Shown in pieces: positions 24,954 to 39,488 of a stretch of 64,000 nt of DNA. The stretch comes from Klebsormidium nitens (Eukaryota; Plantae; Klebsormidiophyceae), in NCBI GenBank assembly GCA_000708835.1, contig DF237173.1, positions 1 to 64,000 on the forward strand, written 5' to 3'. Every line of letters starts with the position of its first letter. Position 1 is the first letter of the stretch. The translations under genes were made by a program, and so were the position numbers. Below the pieces are notes generated by a model. The model saw only the letters and a program-made list of their open reading frames with translations. It was not told the DNA's origin and ran no database searches.

Positions 24954-25371
24954 TATGAGGGCATATTTTTGAGCTACAAAAGCTAAGTTTCTGCCAGAGA
25001 AACCAATAGAGATTCAACAGATTGCGATTGCGACCTCGGAGTTCTTGCTGTATGCTCAGCACGCCTATGTAACTTAAGGTATCAACTTAGAATCATAATG
25101 TGCCTACAAAGATGACAATCTGGTGCATGCTCGCTCATCAGGCTTGCCATTGTATGCTTGACCGCATTCCCAATATGGAGCTTGCTGTACTTCTAAGGAC
25201 ACTACTTCCGCTACTGGCTATGTAAGCATGTACATCAGATAATTGGGTAAACCATTCTTTCCTCCGTCAATGACTAATAGAGGATGTCAGAATCGCTGAT
25301 CGAGGCTTAATCAAGACGAATTTTACAATCTACAAGTCCTCGCCTGAGCCTCGCTCCCCTCAAGCAAGACA

Positions 25372-28292
25372 TCAGAGCTTGGAAGAATCAAATGAACCCC
25401 CCCCCGAGCTGACAACGCCGGCCAAGGCAGCCTTATCAACCGGAACTGCGTTGCATCTCCTCTTAACCTCGTCAGGCGGGATGTAGGACCATTGTGCTAT
25501 TCGTTTGAAATCCTGCCACCGACACAGGGTCTTCCCTTCTGTGGGGGCCTTTCCGGGCCAGCTTTCTCCATCCTTTGGGGGCTCGTCTGGCAGAGGGAGC
25601 TCCTGACCTTCGTAGAGGACTCGAACGAAGAACTGGTCCGACTCTTGATCAAGCCAAAGCTCAATTGCAAGATCCGAGCTGTACCCGGGCCAAGTCTTGA
25701 GGGGCACGCCAAGACAAGCTGCAGCAAGCGAGAAAGCCGAAGCGGTCAGAAGTCGACCATGCACGGGCGCAGAAAAAATGTTCGTCTCAGTTCGTCTACT
25801 GACAATGCAGCTGCGAGCTCTTGTACGAGATTGCAAATAACAACTTCGAGGCACGGTACTCAACGACCTGGCAGACACGTCCTGAATTACAGGATTCATT
25901 GTCCTGAACAAAGTTCGATGAGCCATAGACCAGTCAAAACCTCAACGAAGGAATCTGATGCGGACCCACGGTGGACCTGACCGTTGCTTCGACGGTTCAA
26001 AGGACGCAAATTGTCCATCGTGATCCTAGATTTATCTCGAGCTTACCGCAGAGTGGCAAGAGAGTGGTGTCATGCCCCGAATAAAGCAGCAATCGGGGGG
26101 GTCCCGGACGCTCGTGACTGTCCACCTTCGTGCTCAGATGCTGAAGCAGCTCCCCGATCAGATTCCCCATGGCGATCTGGCAGATATCCTGGTCCTGCAC
26201 GACGAAATTGAGTGTTGATCTTTTGCCATCTGTAATGTCAGCTCTGCGATGCATCAGAGGGGGACGACCCCGGAGGATCGCAACAAAGAAGATGAGCGGT
26301 ACACTGGACACTGATGGATCAACATAAAAAGACGGATGTCGATCGTAAGTCGGAGTCGATACCAAATCCTCAAGGCTTCTTCGTGGTCAGGTTCTGCAAT
26401 CGACAAGGTTTTCTCAACGAGTTTCCAGCCGCAACAGGGGTTCGTTGATTGTCAGGAGTCAATCAACAGGCGGAACAGAGTAGAGCAAAGTAACTCACAC
26501 TGAATATGTCCGAGACCTCAGCAGCGTTCATCTCTTTCACTTTTTTAAAGTCGGCGGGTTTGACAACGTCTGGCCAAGGGTCACCATGAGCTTCCGCACA
26601 GATGAGTGCGTCCATCAACTACGATCAGAAAAGTAGACCTGTGTAAAGGCGAAGCTTCCAAGAACAACTTGGAAGCTCCGAAAAATGATACGAAAGTGCA
26701 AGGGCTCTGACGAGATGCAAAAGATTGCTTCGAAGCCATTCAAAAAGCCATGCCCTTATTCATTCAAACACAGGATGCGAACCTCCTGAACTTGGACCTC
26801 GGTGTTTGAAAAACCACCTTCATTGGATATTCTGGCTTCACATTTTGAAGTGAGCAGTATCTGCATTCTTGGCTACACAGTGCACGCCGAAGCCAGTCCT
26901 TGTCGTCAGCAGGAAAGCTGATAATTCCTGTGACTGGTGGCTGCAGGACAGTGGTCTGATCAGTTACTCAGGCACAGTTGGAATACTCACAATCAACCAA
27001 GGAAACTTCCGAGGAGGAATATGGAAGTGCTTCAGCGTAGGGCCCGTGATATGCTGCAAAGCGAAGTAGCTCGAGTCAGTCCCGGTGCATGCTTAGGTAT
27101 CTCGTGGTGGACGGAGACTCCGAGATGGACAGCAATTGGCTCATAAACTCCTCGTACATACTTTGATTGACCATTAGACAGATTACACTCGCTTCTTCCA
27201 AACTTGTGAAGATCGCATAAGAACTTATGACCAACTCACCTCAAGCCGCGCATGCCACTTGTATGCTTCTGGTGAGTCTTCTTTCTTTGTGGCATCTCGG
27301 AGGCGCCTCTTTGACAAAGCCCCCCAACTGAACAATGACAGGTGAGAGACCTTCGGCTTCACGCTCCATCTTCATGAGGATTCTCGTAAAAATCGTTTGA
27401 CCAGAATTTGAGAACCATGTGATTGGGCCAGAATACAAGTGAGCTGCTCTATATGACCATGTTTGCAAGTTAGTCTTACCTCTTACAGGCTGGATTTGGA
27501 TACAAGCTCTCCTCATCGTCCGCCATGAAAGTAATCTGTTGACGCTGAGCCGCCTCCTCCGAGTCCAGAAGCCCCGTCAAAACAAACCGTGCCGAAGCAT
27601 GAGTGCGTGCATAATTGGTAGATCTTATCACTAAGTTCGACCCTGCCTCTGCACTATTGCCCTCAATGAGATCCCCATACCTGATCTGCAACCGCTGGCC
27701 CAACTCATAAGCCTGATGAGCCCCTTTCTTGGTCAAGAGTCCAAAAGGGAAAGGATTGCCTCCCTCAACATACTTCTGCCTTTCAAAGGTTTCAATGTCC
27801 ACAAGACGATGGGCCCATAAGGTCTTCACATTTGCTGGGATTGAGCTGGCATAGGCGCTCCTGACATTTGGACTACGATCACCGTGGCGGAAGAGCACGT
27901 GGGCCTGCGCAGGAGTAAGAAGGTCTTTAAATAGTAGTATATGACCACCACACTACCTGTCAAATCCAGGACATCAAGGTACACTAGGATGAATGCACTA
28001 CCACTATGGCCTCGAGCCCCAGCTCCACATCTGAAGGTTTGAGAGTCCCATTTGAGAAGTCAGTCACAGGTTCTGATCGGATTGCAATAAAAGCATATGA
28101 GTACTTGTCATACTAATGTAGCACAAGCCATCAGATGTGCCTTCCCACCTGGAGCAGTTTCCACCGTGACTTTGCTTGCATCAGCTCCTCAGCCTTTGGA
28201 TTCACAGTTGCCACCATTTCTGCTTCGGCAGGCTGGCTGAGACACACAGGACTGACACCTCTAGCACAGGCGGCGATGATTGCGATCGCCAT
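25372..28292 (-). CDS. Histidine acid phosphatase (branch 2, ACP6-like); start codon uncertain
   Basis: RHGDRSP catalytic motif (about 27890), LLTKKGAHQAYELGQRL, IRSTNYART, LLLYSGHDTTL (HD motif, about 26080) and FFVRVLYEG, spread over GT-AG exons. Confidence 0.85.
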
Positions 28293-29407
28293 GAAAGCGG
28301 GTTTTATACCGAAGATCATCAGGATCTGTTTGACTTGATCAGAGTGCCCTTCTTGCAGAGAAATGCATATACTTGCAGCATTTCCTGTTTGGAGGACGTG
28401 CTCATTGCTGTATCAAAGTTGAGGACTGCAAAGATTACTTGTTGCTTGCGGGAATTGTGCAAGGAAACCCCGATCACAGCGGAGAAAAGTCCGGGTGTAA
28501 ACCAGCAGGGTCCAGGTACTGCGGACAGCGTCTGCTTCCTTCTGGTCGCATTGAGCTGATGTGGCCTTACAAGGTGCCCTTTGCTCATACATCAGATCTG
28601 CGCCTTTGAGCTGCATTCAAGATCGCACTGTGCACTGTGCGCTGCTCAGCTCTGCATTTCCCCATGTGGAAGTGCCAAGATCTGCTATTAGTATCCGAGT
28701 CCGTGCAAGGACGCTTTCGAAGGTACGAAATCCTGGCAGTCGGCCTTGAAATCCTGACTATATGTAGGTAGCTAAATCCTATGCAAGGAAAAATTCTATA
28801 TTACCTTATTCATAGTTGCTCAGTGGAGAACTTGACACTACCGTAGGTAGAGTCTGCAGGCTAGACCCAAGAGAAGGCCACCAATACGTTGTGTACCGTA
28901 GTTTTGAGGGTTCTCAGTGCGTATGAATACTATAGATTCACCATAGGTATTTAATAGCACATATATTAGGTCAGCTCGAGGACTTCTGAAGGCAATTTGT
29001 GGTCACGGAAAACCTCCAATCACCTACCTACCTACCTACAAACCAAAACTGGGCAAACCTTGATTCCGAGTCTTGAGTCCCAGCAGAGCATGGCAGAGCA
29101 GCAGCAATAGCGCCTCCTCTCCTGGTTACTTGAGAACTTTCAAGTGTTTGGTCTATGATCGTAAGTGAGCCCCTTGAGTACTAGGCGCTTTATATTGTCT
29201 TCTTTTGGACAAGGGTCAGCTTCTTAGTCACGTCACGAGCATTCTTCTGGGATCAAGTTTGGTCGCTGAAAGGGCCCAATTCGTGCATCCTGTGTCTGTC
29301 TGCGTAAGAAGATATGTTATTCTGAATGCGATCAATCCTGAGAAAGTCGAGTAACGGCAGCAGCAATCGAGGCGGCCTAAGATCGGATTCAGCACCCTCT
29401 GGGCAAG

Positions 29408-32400
29408 ATGAGCATGTACGGGTTTGAAGCGATGAGTTTCAACATCAAGGATGGATTTCTGGAGGCCATAGTGAGGGGATACAAAGCAGGCTTGCTCTCA
29501 GCAATTGACTACAACAATCTGTGCCAATGCGAGACACTTGATGACATCAAGCTTCAGCTTTCAGGCACAGACTACGGAAACTTTTTGGCAAATGGTGAGT
29601 GGGACTTTCTGGGTGCTTCAATTCTTCAAGTATGCCACAGCTTCAGTTTCTATAAAGTGAGTGCCTTCCTCATTGAGCTGGTATAGAGGAGCACAGAACG
29701 TAAGCACCGCTTCAAAGATCTGCCCCGGAGAAGCTGAACACGTGGACGCGTCTGATCTGGCAAGTCATTTTGAAACAAGTCAGCTGGCTGAGGATCTAGG
29801 GTTCTCAAAGGTGTTGGTCAATGTGGACTCTTTTAAAGCTCAGGTTTACTCTGAAACTGCGGCTCAATCTATTTCTGACCTTTAGTGTTATTCCTGGTTC
29901 ACAGAGCCCTCCCCGCTGCACACAGCTACAATTGTGGAGAAATGTACACAGAGTCTCGTCAGCGAGTTCAGCTACATGCGCACACAGGCATCCGAGCCTC
30001 TCGCAACCTTCCTAGACTATGTCACGTGAGTACTTCATGTTGGCAAAGGACTTTTCTAAGAATACCGTCTGCGAGCACGATTGATTGTGTGATGTTTGCA
30101 GATGCGTTTGATTTGTTTGTTTTTTTTTTCTCTTGCTTTGCCAGGCACCCTGTCTCTCTGGATTTGCAAATTCCCTTGCAACGAGCACCTCAAGTTGTGT
30201 GCAGGTATGGACATATGATTGACAACATCGTGCTCATTGTTTCGGGGACTCTCCACGAGCGGGATGTCCAAGAATTGTTGGACAAATGCCATCCGCTTGG
30301 GATGTTTGATAGGTGAGCGATGTGACCGAGGTTCTAAAACTGCATATTGCTTTTTAAATTTCACCCAGCATACTCTGGGCGGCACTCTGCCAACGCTGGA
30401 TCAGTGATCATAAAGACAGATTTGAAATCTGAAAATGCCTACGGAAGTTTCTTTGCACCACTTACAAATGATTTAACCGTATCCTTTGCTGCAGTATTGC
30501 TACCCTGGCAGTTGCATCAAACATGCGCGAGCTCTACAGGCTTGTCTTGGTTGACACCCCGCTCGCCCCGTACTTTGCCGAGTGCGTCACATCGGAGGTG
30601 AGAAGAAGCAGGAAGCGAGAGTCAAGGTGCTATATACTAGTCGGAGATAGAAGAACCAGCTATTATCCACCAATATTGCAGGCTGTTTTAGTTTGTCAAC
30701 CCCTTCTCCGCAATTGTAGCAACAGGGCCGATTCTCTTTATGTCATACTTACACCTCTCATCTCTGGTTGCTGAAAATGTCTCTACGAGGTTGTCTCAAC
30801 TGGTTATTTCAACCTCCAGCCTCTCTGACCTTCACCGTCTAGTGAGGGCTGTTATGCGACAAGAAAGAGGCCCCAGATTGTTGTGTAATTGTTCGAAGGC
30901 ATCCGCTCTTCCTGCACATCCTCTTTCCTTTGTGCACACCCTACCAGCCCTCACTCCCCTTTGTTGTTCACATCAGGACCTTGATGACATGAACATTGAG
31001 ATCATGAGGAACACGCTCTACAAAGCGTATCTGGAGGACTTTTACAACTTCTGCAAAGTGAGTGCCTTCTGACAAGTGCGACGTATAAAGCAATTGTCTG
31101 GCCCAATGTCCTCTTCCTCTTGATTGAAGATGAATCACGCTTTTCTTGAAACGCCCATTTGCTGAGCATTTCATAGAGAGTCGTGTCACGGTATGGTAGG
31201 AAAGGCCACAAGATGTGGTGGCCCCAACTCCTGATGGATGTGGCGCTTGAGACTTTGATCTTTCGACTAAAAGCCTGCTATTTGGATGAGGGATTCTCTG
31301 AACGGATTCCTTGGGTCGTATCGTGCAGAAGCTGGGGGGTGCAACTGCTACAATCATGTGCGACCTTCTCGCATACGAGGCTGACAGACGAGCCATCAAC
31401 ATCACAATCAACAGGCAAGTCGAACCTCGTCAAGAAGGGCTTTGCTCTCGTGCTTCCAACCGATCTCGCAGGCTCTGGGGTCGAACCCAGCCACCTCCGA
31501 GTCATCGGGACTAGGTGCAATACCGCTTGAGCAAACCTGCCTTGTTTTTCAACGGAAGAGGCTAACGGTTGTTGAGCATAAGTGATGTCCCATGCGGTTT
31601 GTTCGCAACGTGTGTGTTTAAGCCTCTCTTCCGAGCATTCACAGCGGACCGGGAAAGTGGTTCGGCAAGTTTGACAATCTGTGATTTGGTTTGTGCAGCA
31701 TCGGGACAGAGCTCACCCGGGACGACCGGCGCAAGCTGTTCTCACACTTCGGCCTCTTGTGAGTCCTTCGCAACCGGCTCTGCACTCGTTCGTTGGTTGC
31801 CATCCGCATTGAGAAGAACGACTCTCTCCATAAGTGTACTTGTCTCTCGTTACCACACTCTGGCCACCAATTTTTGAATCTCACTCTGGAAGATATGGAA
31901 ACACCTTGAAGGATTTTGATTCACACCTTGGGCGGATGCAGAGCCTTGCTTGCATGCCAGTGTCGCTCCTTGTGTTGCTCGTGCTTTCTTCAGCCGCAGG
32001 ATGTAGCTGCTGAGTTAACGGTCCTACTTCGAGGCCGGCTTTGAAAGTACAAACAAGCTTATCGTGTAGACGTAAGTGGCATACGTGTTATCAAAAAGAT
32101 GTGTGTACTTCCTGACTTCTTGTTCATGGGGCCCTCTTGCTCATGCAGGTATCCTTACGGCCACGAAGAATTGGCGGTCTGTGAAGACTTCGACCAGGTG
32201 CATATTCTTAGGGCTTTCAGACCGTTCGTCCTGCCTGTTTCAGCGATCCCTGTGCTGTGGTACCTTTGGGATCATTCTAAATTGCTCCCGAAGAACACCT
32301 TCATCTGTGATACGTTCACGGTGAACTCACGTATTTGCAAAAGCGATGCTTCAGTCTCCTTTCGGAGAGGTTCTTCTGCCGGCTGCTTATAGTGTTTCTT

Positions 32401-33365
32401 GAAGCACCGTTCTCCTCACAGCATCATCTGCGACCCTACTCAGTTCCTCAGCACCCGAGTTGGTACTCGGTTTCGGCATCCGCGTTTCCAGGGCCCAGCC
32501 CTCCAGATCCTGTGTGTTTTCAGCTTTGCAGTCGGCCCCTGCTTTTTTCTCGTTAGAAGGAGCATAGGCTTCGAAGAAACGATTAGGGTGCTTTTCCGTT
32601 AGATGAAGGTGCGTGCGGGCAATGGAAACAATACCCCCTAACAACGCATTCTAAAGGCTGCTTTCAAAGCTGTTTTTAATGGCTGCTCTCCCTTTTGCAG
32701 GTGCGTGCGGCGATGGAGAAGTACCCCCCCTACCAGAGCATCTTCTCGAAGCTCCAGTTTGGTGAGAGCCAGATCTTGGACAAGGCCTTCTACGAGGCGG
32801 AGGTCAAGGCGTGCGTTCTGGGATACGAGCAACAGGTGAGCCACGATCCATGCATCTTCCAAGGCACCTTGTCGGTGGCGACTTGTCAGAGACTTCTTTG
32901 TTGGTGGCGGGCTTATCCCTTCTGCAGGGCTTCTTGTCGGTGGGGGTTCCCATTACGCCCTCAATCGCCAAAGTTTTCCTTCTGGAGCTTGTGCAATCTT
33001 GGTGGAATTGTTCGTTTGGGAAAGCACCAGATCAGTACAAAACTCGTATTTAACCGGCTTGACTCAGATTGAAGTATGAGCAAGCCACTGCAGACTCGAG
33101 TCTCGAGGAGGTAGAATCTGGTCAGCAGTTGCTTCGAGAGACGATGTCAGAACAGGCGCATATACCCGAACAACAGCTCATTCAGTACGTTACTGGTCTT
33201 TGTCTGCACTCACTATCTCTTTCTTCCCTGCAGTTCCACTACGCTGTCTTCTTTGCCTACGTAAGGTTGAAAGAGCAGGAGATTCGGAACATCATGTGGA
33301 TTTCAGAATGTGTTGCACAGAACCAGAAGGCGCGCATTCATGACGGGATTGTCTTCATCTTCTAA
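29408..33365 (+). CDS. VHA-d: V-type proton ATPase subunit d (V0 d / AC39)
   Basis: About 10 exons spelling [83 protein letters not shown] and [26 protein letters not shown]. Confidence 0.97.
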
Positions 33366-34218
33366 GGTCGGAGCCGCCCTATCCCTAAGCAGCCACATGA
33401 CAGATTGGGAGACATTCAAACACCTTACCAATTTTAGCGTAGATCGTTATGTAAATACCTGAAACCAGAGTCCGCACTGTGACATTGAAAGAGACCTGCC
33501 TGGCATGCCACCCGCCCTATGCCCAAGCATACACATTCGACGATGGCTGTTGCGTTGGCCTACCAAGTTTAGAAACTCAACTTATTGAAGTATACTAGAG
33601 AGGCAAGCCAATGTATACGGTCTGCTAGGCCGCATAGAAGAAATGCAAGAGCTACTTAATATGCACTAGCTTGAACACCGGATGCAGTGCCGTCATTGGC
33701 CACGGGGGCCGCCTGAAAAACATGTGGACGGCCATGCAGCTGTACATTCAATTATGTGCATGCATGACAACTGAGATGGTTAAATATCATAGTCTCATGT
33801 GCGATTGAGCACTGCGGCCTGAAGCAATAATTTATATACATGTCGAAAATGGAACCATGTGTCGCTCACATGATATGCCGCATGTCAACATGGGACACAA
33901 GGGACTTCGACGAAGAGTACGCCGTTACTTTACTATTAGTACACACCAAACTCAGCATGATGCATGGCAAATGCCGCGACCTAGGCGGACAACGCTACAT
34001 GCCGCGCCTTGGCATCCGAGTTGTTGCATGACTTCTGCGGCCATCATCGACGACTGAAGTGCGTCCATGCAGACATAAGGCACCTGCCGCACCTCAGGAA
34101 TTCTTCAGCTCTAGCTCAATCGGTGTCAGGCGTTACAGAAGCTGCTTCTGCTTCGTCACTAGGTAGATGGTCAAATATACAAGGCCTATCAAGTCGACAA
34201 GGCTCCTCGAGGAAAGGT

Positions 34219-37200
34219 TCAATCTAGATGTAGCGTCTGCAAAAAAAAAAAAAAATCCTTATCCTGAGCACTTTGGAAAAAGAATTCAGAAAGAACGATA
34301 AAGCAGCGCCTTATTGAGGGTTGGACGGGCAGCGAAAATTCGATGAAACCGCACTTCCCGCAATCGCAACCATTCTAACATGTGCACTTGTGCAGAACGT
34401 GCTCGGCTCAAAGCAGGACAACGATGCGCAAAGCGGTAATCTGCCTCATGCACTTTTGGAAAGTTGTTGTAGAAACGGGGAAAAACAATCAGCTCGACGA
34501 GGAGGGAGGGCGTAAAAGGGGTGCTAACCTTCCAAAGGCCGTCGTTTAGATAGTGAATATTGTCGACCCCAATTCCCTTGTTTATTTTCGCTCTGCATAA
34601 AAGGTGAGGGGAGATTTCAATAAAGGCTGTCTGGAAGAACGCACTTTCGAAAAGCAGGCTGTGACACCAGGAACTTCTAACAAGCATCAATCAGAAGCAA
34701 TCTAACTTGCCCTTGCCTTTTCAGTACTGCCTGAAGACCTCAGAAGATTAAAAGAACCGGCTCGGAACCCACAAGCAACAATGGCGTCTCTCATTCCCGC
34801 ACAGATATAGTTGCAGCACTTGCAAATGCAGAGATCAGACGCTATTCCATACGCTCCAGTGCACAAGAAAGCAAGCAGACTGAAAGCAGATTCCTGAAAT
34901 CTGCAGCGAGAAGACAAGCCAGCGAGCACTTACATATCCCCCGTCGACATTTTTGTCATGCCGATCGCAAGCGCAAGCTCTTTCCCCTCTGCGTGAATTG
35001 CCTGCATAATCCCAGGCGCTGAGTTCAACGACATTGGCAATAAGCAGCAACGAGCAGCGCAAGAAAGCCTTGGCGTGAATATCACACTTTACATGGTTGC
35101 AGATGTGGACGAGACGACGGTTTTGATTGACAGTGCCGGCTCGTCCAATTCTATCAAACGTCCAAGTGAAGTACGCTGATTGATCGGAGAAGGGCCAACA
35201 AACAGAACGGACATCCCACACTCGACCTTGTCCCGCCAGGAACCAAAAACGTTGCAATCAATTTTGCAACTGCTTTGTAAGTTGGTTGTCCGCTTGATGA
35301 GCTGAACTCCAAACAAGGTTCTTAGAAAGCTCCTTGGCTGATTACCGGCTGACAAATACATTCATCGAATACGGAGTCGACCAGCGGACCGCTTTTCCAT
35401 TCGTGACAGCTTCGACGGTCTGAGTTTATGAGCATCATGGCTTCAAACTCGGCTTTGAACAGCGACCCTTTTAAAGACGTGAGTGGACGGTGCCAGCTGA
35501 AGCTGCTACAATCTTCAACGGCTGGCCGCAATACCTAACTCTAATCGACGGCAACCACAGAAGTGCGCTTCAAAAGAGTCTAGTTGTTCAAAGCTGCATA
35601 CATCAAAAGCTCGGCCGTTCGAAGGTGAGGGCTGCAATCACTACGAAGGAAGTCGATCGAGTTGGCCGGACTTGACAAAACCTGCAGTATTGCCATGGTG
35701 GCCCTCGAGAACAAACCACCGTGATTTCTCGCCTGGAATGAGACTTCTGTCCCAAGATTCTGACGTCCGATTTGACACGTCAGCTTTTGGTTCTCGAACC
35801 TTACAAACAGAAAACTTGACGCTCTGACGTTCCGAACGGAGAGTGAATTTCTAAGCACAAGCGACGACTCACCACCGGTTGTTCTGCATCCACTTCGTCT
35901 TCTAGCGCGCCGCCTTTTGACGTGAGACCAGGACACATGATGTTCGCTCCGGATAGCACGAACTTGATAGCGCCCCGGTCGACCCGCACCCGTTTCATGA
36001 CCGTCGGATCTGCGCAAACCAATGAATCGACGGTCGTGAACACGGGAGGATAGCTCACCAGTTTGACAATGCTTTTGTTGTATGAAATGCTCTGCATGCC
36101 GACTTGCCGGGGCAGAGCTTAGGTGAATGCGATGATAAGCATGCTCATGATTTTCTGCTGACACTTCTATTGCTCTCGTCTCCGACCGTTTGCAACCTCT
36201 TGGCAAGGCCGTAGCAGAGTTGAGGCGTCGTGGGGTTGTTCCGGACTGAATGATCGTAGTAAAGAAAGAGAGCGAAAAAGGAACGGAATACGAGAAGAAG
36301 AGAGAAGATGCCAACACTCGGCACACAAGCTTCCGACAGAAAGACTCGTACTTCGGTGTTTTCAAGGGTCCCGTAAGTGCGCATAATATTTTCAAACAGG
36401 TGACGCTGCCTGACGACTGACGTACTAAGACGCACACTTCACTCCATGCAAACTCTTCGAAGGTCGGGCATGCGGCGAGAATTCGGCGGCTCACACTGGT
36501 GCAGTAAGCGGAGTGTTGGCATGTAAGGGCCATCCCGGATGTTGAAGAAGAGGGGAACGTTGTTGATGACGACGAGGTTTAGGTGGTTCTGACTGCCAAC
36601 CAGATAACGAGGAACGGTCTTAGAACATCAGCAGGTGCACTCAGAAGACGAAAAAGGAGGATCCGAACATTCTGACGAGAGTCGTTTTCATATACTTGCA
36701 GAGTCAACGCTTTGAGGGATACAACATTTTCCGTTTTTGGAGGCGCGGGAGAGGAGAATAGCTTTTAACAGAAGCCGCTTGAGGCAGCAGCTGACGTGTT
36801 GCGCAATCACTAAGAAGTACCCAAGCTTTGCTTTGGATTCAACTTTATGCATGTTTCGACAGCGCTTTCAATGCAGAAGCTTCAGAAGAACGACTGAAGT
36901 CGGATGGACGCAATTCTTGCGATACTATAGCAGCACCAGATTCATCAGAAAAGCGGAGTTTTTCTTGTCGTGCTCACCACTTAGCAACGATCAGAGGCTC
37001 CTTTTTTGGAAGAAGATCGTCTAAGACAGGCTCGAGCAGAGGATACTGCAAAACGGGAAGGGATGATGTCAGCGGTGCACCTTCAAAGGGCTCTCAGCCA
37101 TTCGGGAGACCCCTTAAAGAGGGCGTCACAGGACTGGTCCTACAGCAAGCGACCAAATTGCCCCAAATCAGGGCCAGCTTGGTCGCCGAAGGCACTTTTC

Positions 37201-38575
37201 GAGATGGAATCTCAGCCGTCAGATGAAGTTTTCCCTCAGGACTCAGATGCACGAGTGTACCTTGACATCTGACGCCCTCATTAAAGTACGGGTTGGCAAT
37301 GGCCAGATCGTTCTGTATGTTTGACAGGTGATTAGCCCCACTGAAAGCAGCCAGAGTCAAGGCTGTAGGAGAGCGGACATTCCACTGAGCTCCAAAACGA
37401 GGATGCACAACTTTCTGATGCGCAGTTTACCCAAAGCTTTCAACACACGTTTCAACAAAACTATGCGGCTCTTTGATTGTAACAACCTCGACACGGTCAA
37501 CAACAGAAGTGACACCCGAGGATGGACCCGTTGACCGGACACCCTGGTTGTAAAGAAAAACTTTAGTCTTAAAATCTAAGGTCCGGAAAGCAGAAACTTT
37601 AATATTAGCTTTTGGGATGGCATACCAGGCTAGGCACTGTGCATGCTCAAGGGAGCCTCCAGTTCTGGCTACGGCAACCAGATAAGTATGCCTTTGGCCC
37701 CTCAAAGTCCGGTGGCGATGCCGCCCCAATCAGTGGCACCACTTCCGAAGACCAACTCTGATCTCACACACTCCAGCTATCTTAAAGACAGGTTCCTGTG
37801 AGATCTCGACAGGAGAGAGTTGTTGACAGAAAAGTAGATTCACTACTGTAGACGGAAAAGTTCACCACCGACTGCACGCACCTGATCGGCGATACTCTGC
37901 CGGATCTTCCTCTGCACTGAGGATTTCACTTGGTTCTGCCCCGAAACCTCCTCATGGGTGAATCTGCAGTCCACACAGAAGGATATGAGCATCTAAAAGT
38001 GGCTCTCGGATTGAATGGGGAACATTGGTGGAACATCCTGACACAACCATTTTTTAGGAGCACCGAAGCCCGTTTAGGCAACTTCGACTGATCGCCCCGC
38101 TTTTTGAGAAAGTCGCTTCGTAGCTTTGCAGCATCTCGGGGCATCCGCGCGAATTGCGTAACCTTGAGGACAATTGCTTGTATCAATGTTTGGCAATTTC
38201 ATCATTGAAGTACTGACCCGCTTTCACCTCAAACTTCCATTGAAGTACTCTAGGGCGTATCAACAGTTGGGACTTCATCATTTCAGTTGAGAACCCCATT
38301 TTTGGTAATGGTGCCATCAAGATAATCACCAGATAGTGACAACCAAGCCACAAAGCACAGAGATCATATAACAACTTCAATGCTTTGCGTCCTGAAAGAG
38401 GGGTCTTCTGCATGGAACTCGACTTTTCATTGAAAGTTTCAACCACGGCACGGCTTCTTTTAAAATACTGTAATAAACGAAGTATTTGAATCCAATTCTT
38501 GGAAAGATTCCTCAGGTCAGCCTAACGTAGAACTGGCGCGTCAAATTGTGGCAGGCGCACTTACTTTTTGAACAT
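34219..38575 (-). CDS. MCTS1: MCTS1/Tma20 translation reinitiation factor (pre-PUA + PUA)
   Basis: Exons join to MFKK|[27 protein letters not shown]|[22 protein letters not shown]|[33 protein letters not shown]|[31 protein letters not shown]...|[14 protein letters not shown]...|...[18 protein letters not shown]|TLHLD*. Confidence 0.93.
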
Positions 38576-39488
38576 CGCAAGAGAGTTGTGGTGGTGTATG
38601 CCAAAGCTGATGACCACGCTGTGGGTTGATCGACCTCAGCAGAGCACAAACACAGTGCAATCCTCGCACGCCTCACAAGAAGCGGCAGGAAGCGGCTTTT
38701 TTTGTTGTGAAGGTTTGTAATCTTCCTGTCAGCAGTCACGCACGGAGGTGACGAGAAGGCTCGCACAGCCGCTCTGACCGGGGTGAAAACGAGCTGCAGG
38801 ACTTGAGTGGGGAACTGTTTGCTCCAGAACACGAGCTGGCAACCTGGCAGAGCGTGCTTTTGCAACCTCACGCAGGAATCAGGATTTCAGTGACAGAGTG
38901 GAATGCAGACGTCTGTGCACACGCAGCACAGCTCAAAACAGAAGCTAGCTAGGTACAAGTTGTTCTGGGTTAAGACCCACGTTTCAGAACAGGTTTACGA
39001 GTAGTCGGATCAGCGTTTGCATTAACTGGGTGCGGTTATCGACCTAGCTGTGGCACGCGCCGCAGGCTACGGTTTGCTGGTTATATGCAGAGGGTTACGG
39101 CCTACTTCCGTGAAACCCAAAAGGCTCCAGCGCAAACCTCGATCGAGACCCCAGGACTCATGCCAATGCATGGGCAAAGAGTCGAAAGACGCCACCACTT
39201 CTCAAAACGTCTCATTTGAATTGTGGGCGTCTTGTGCGCGCTTGCCTTGTGCTTGATGTCCTTCAGAAGGTCGTCATATTCGATCTAACATGCTTGATTG
39301 GGGATCCTAGGCTGCGTTGTTGTTTGTGTTTCTGTTTCATCTTCTCGCAAGTTTTACAGACTTTGCAATGCTGCCTCAGGCTTCTTCACCACAGTCTTCA
39401 AACTCCTCCTTTTAATATTTGCCATCTCGAAGTCAGGCAGACGTATTTGTACTGGTTAACTGTGAACTCGCTTCTGACGTTGGAAAGT

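Noticed and set aside
34241-34254. Poly-A run as a retroposon tail
   Set aside because: On the minus strand it is the poly-T pyrimidine tract directly before the acceptor of the last MCTS1 exon.
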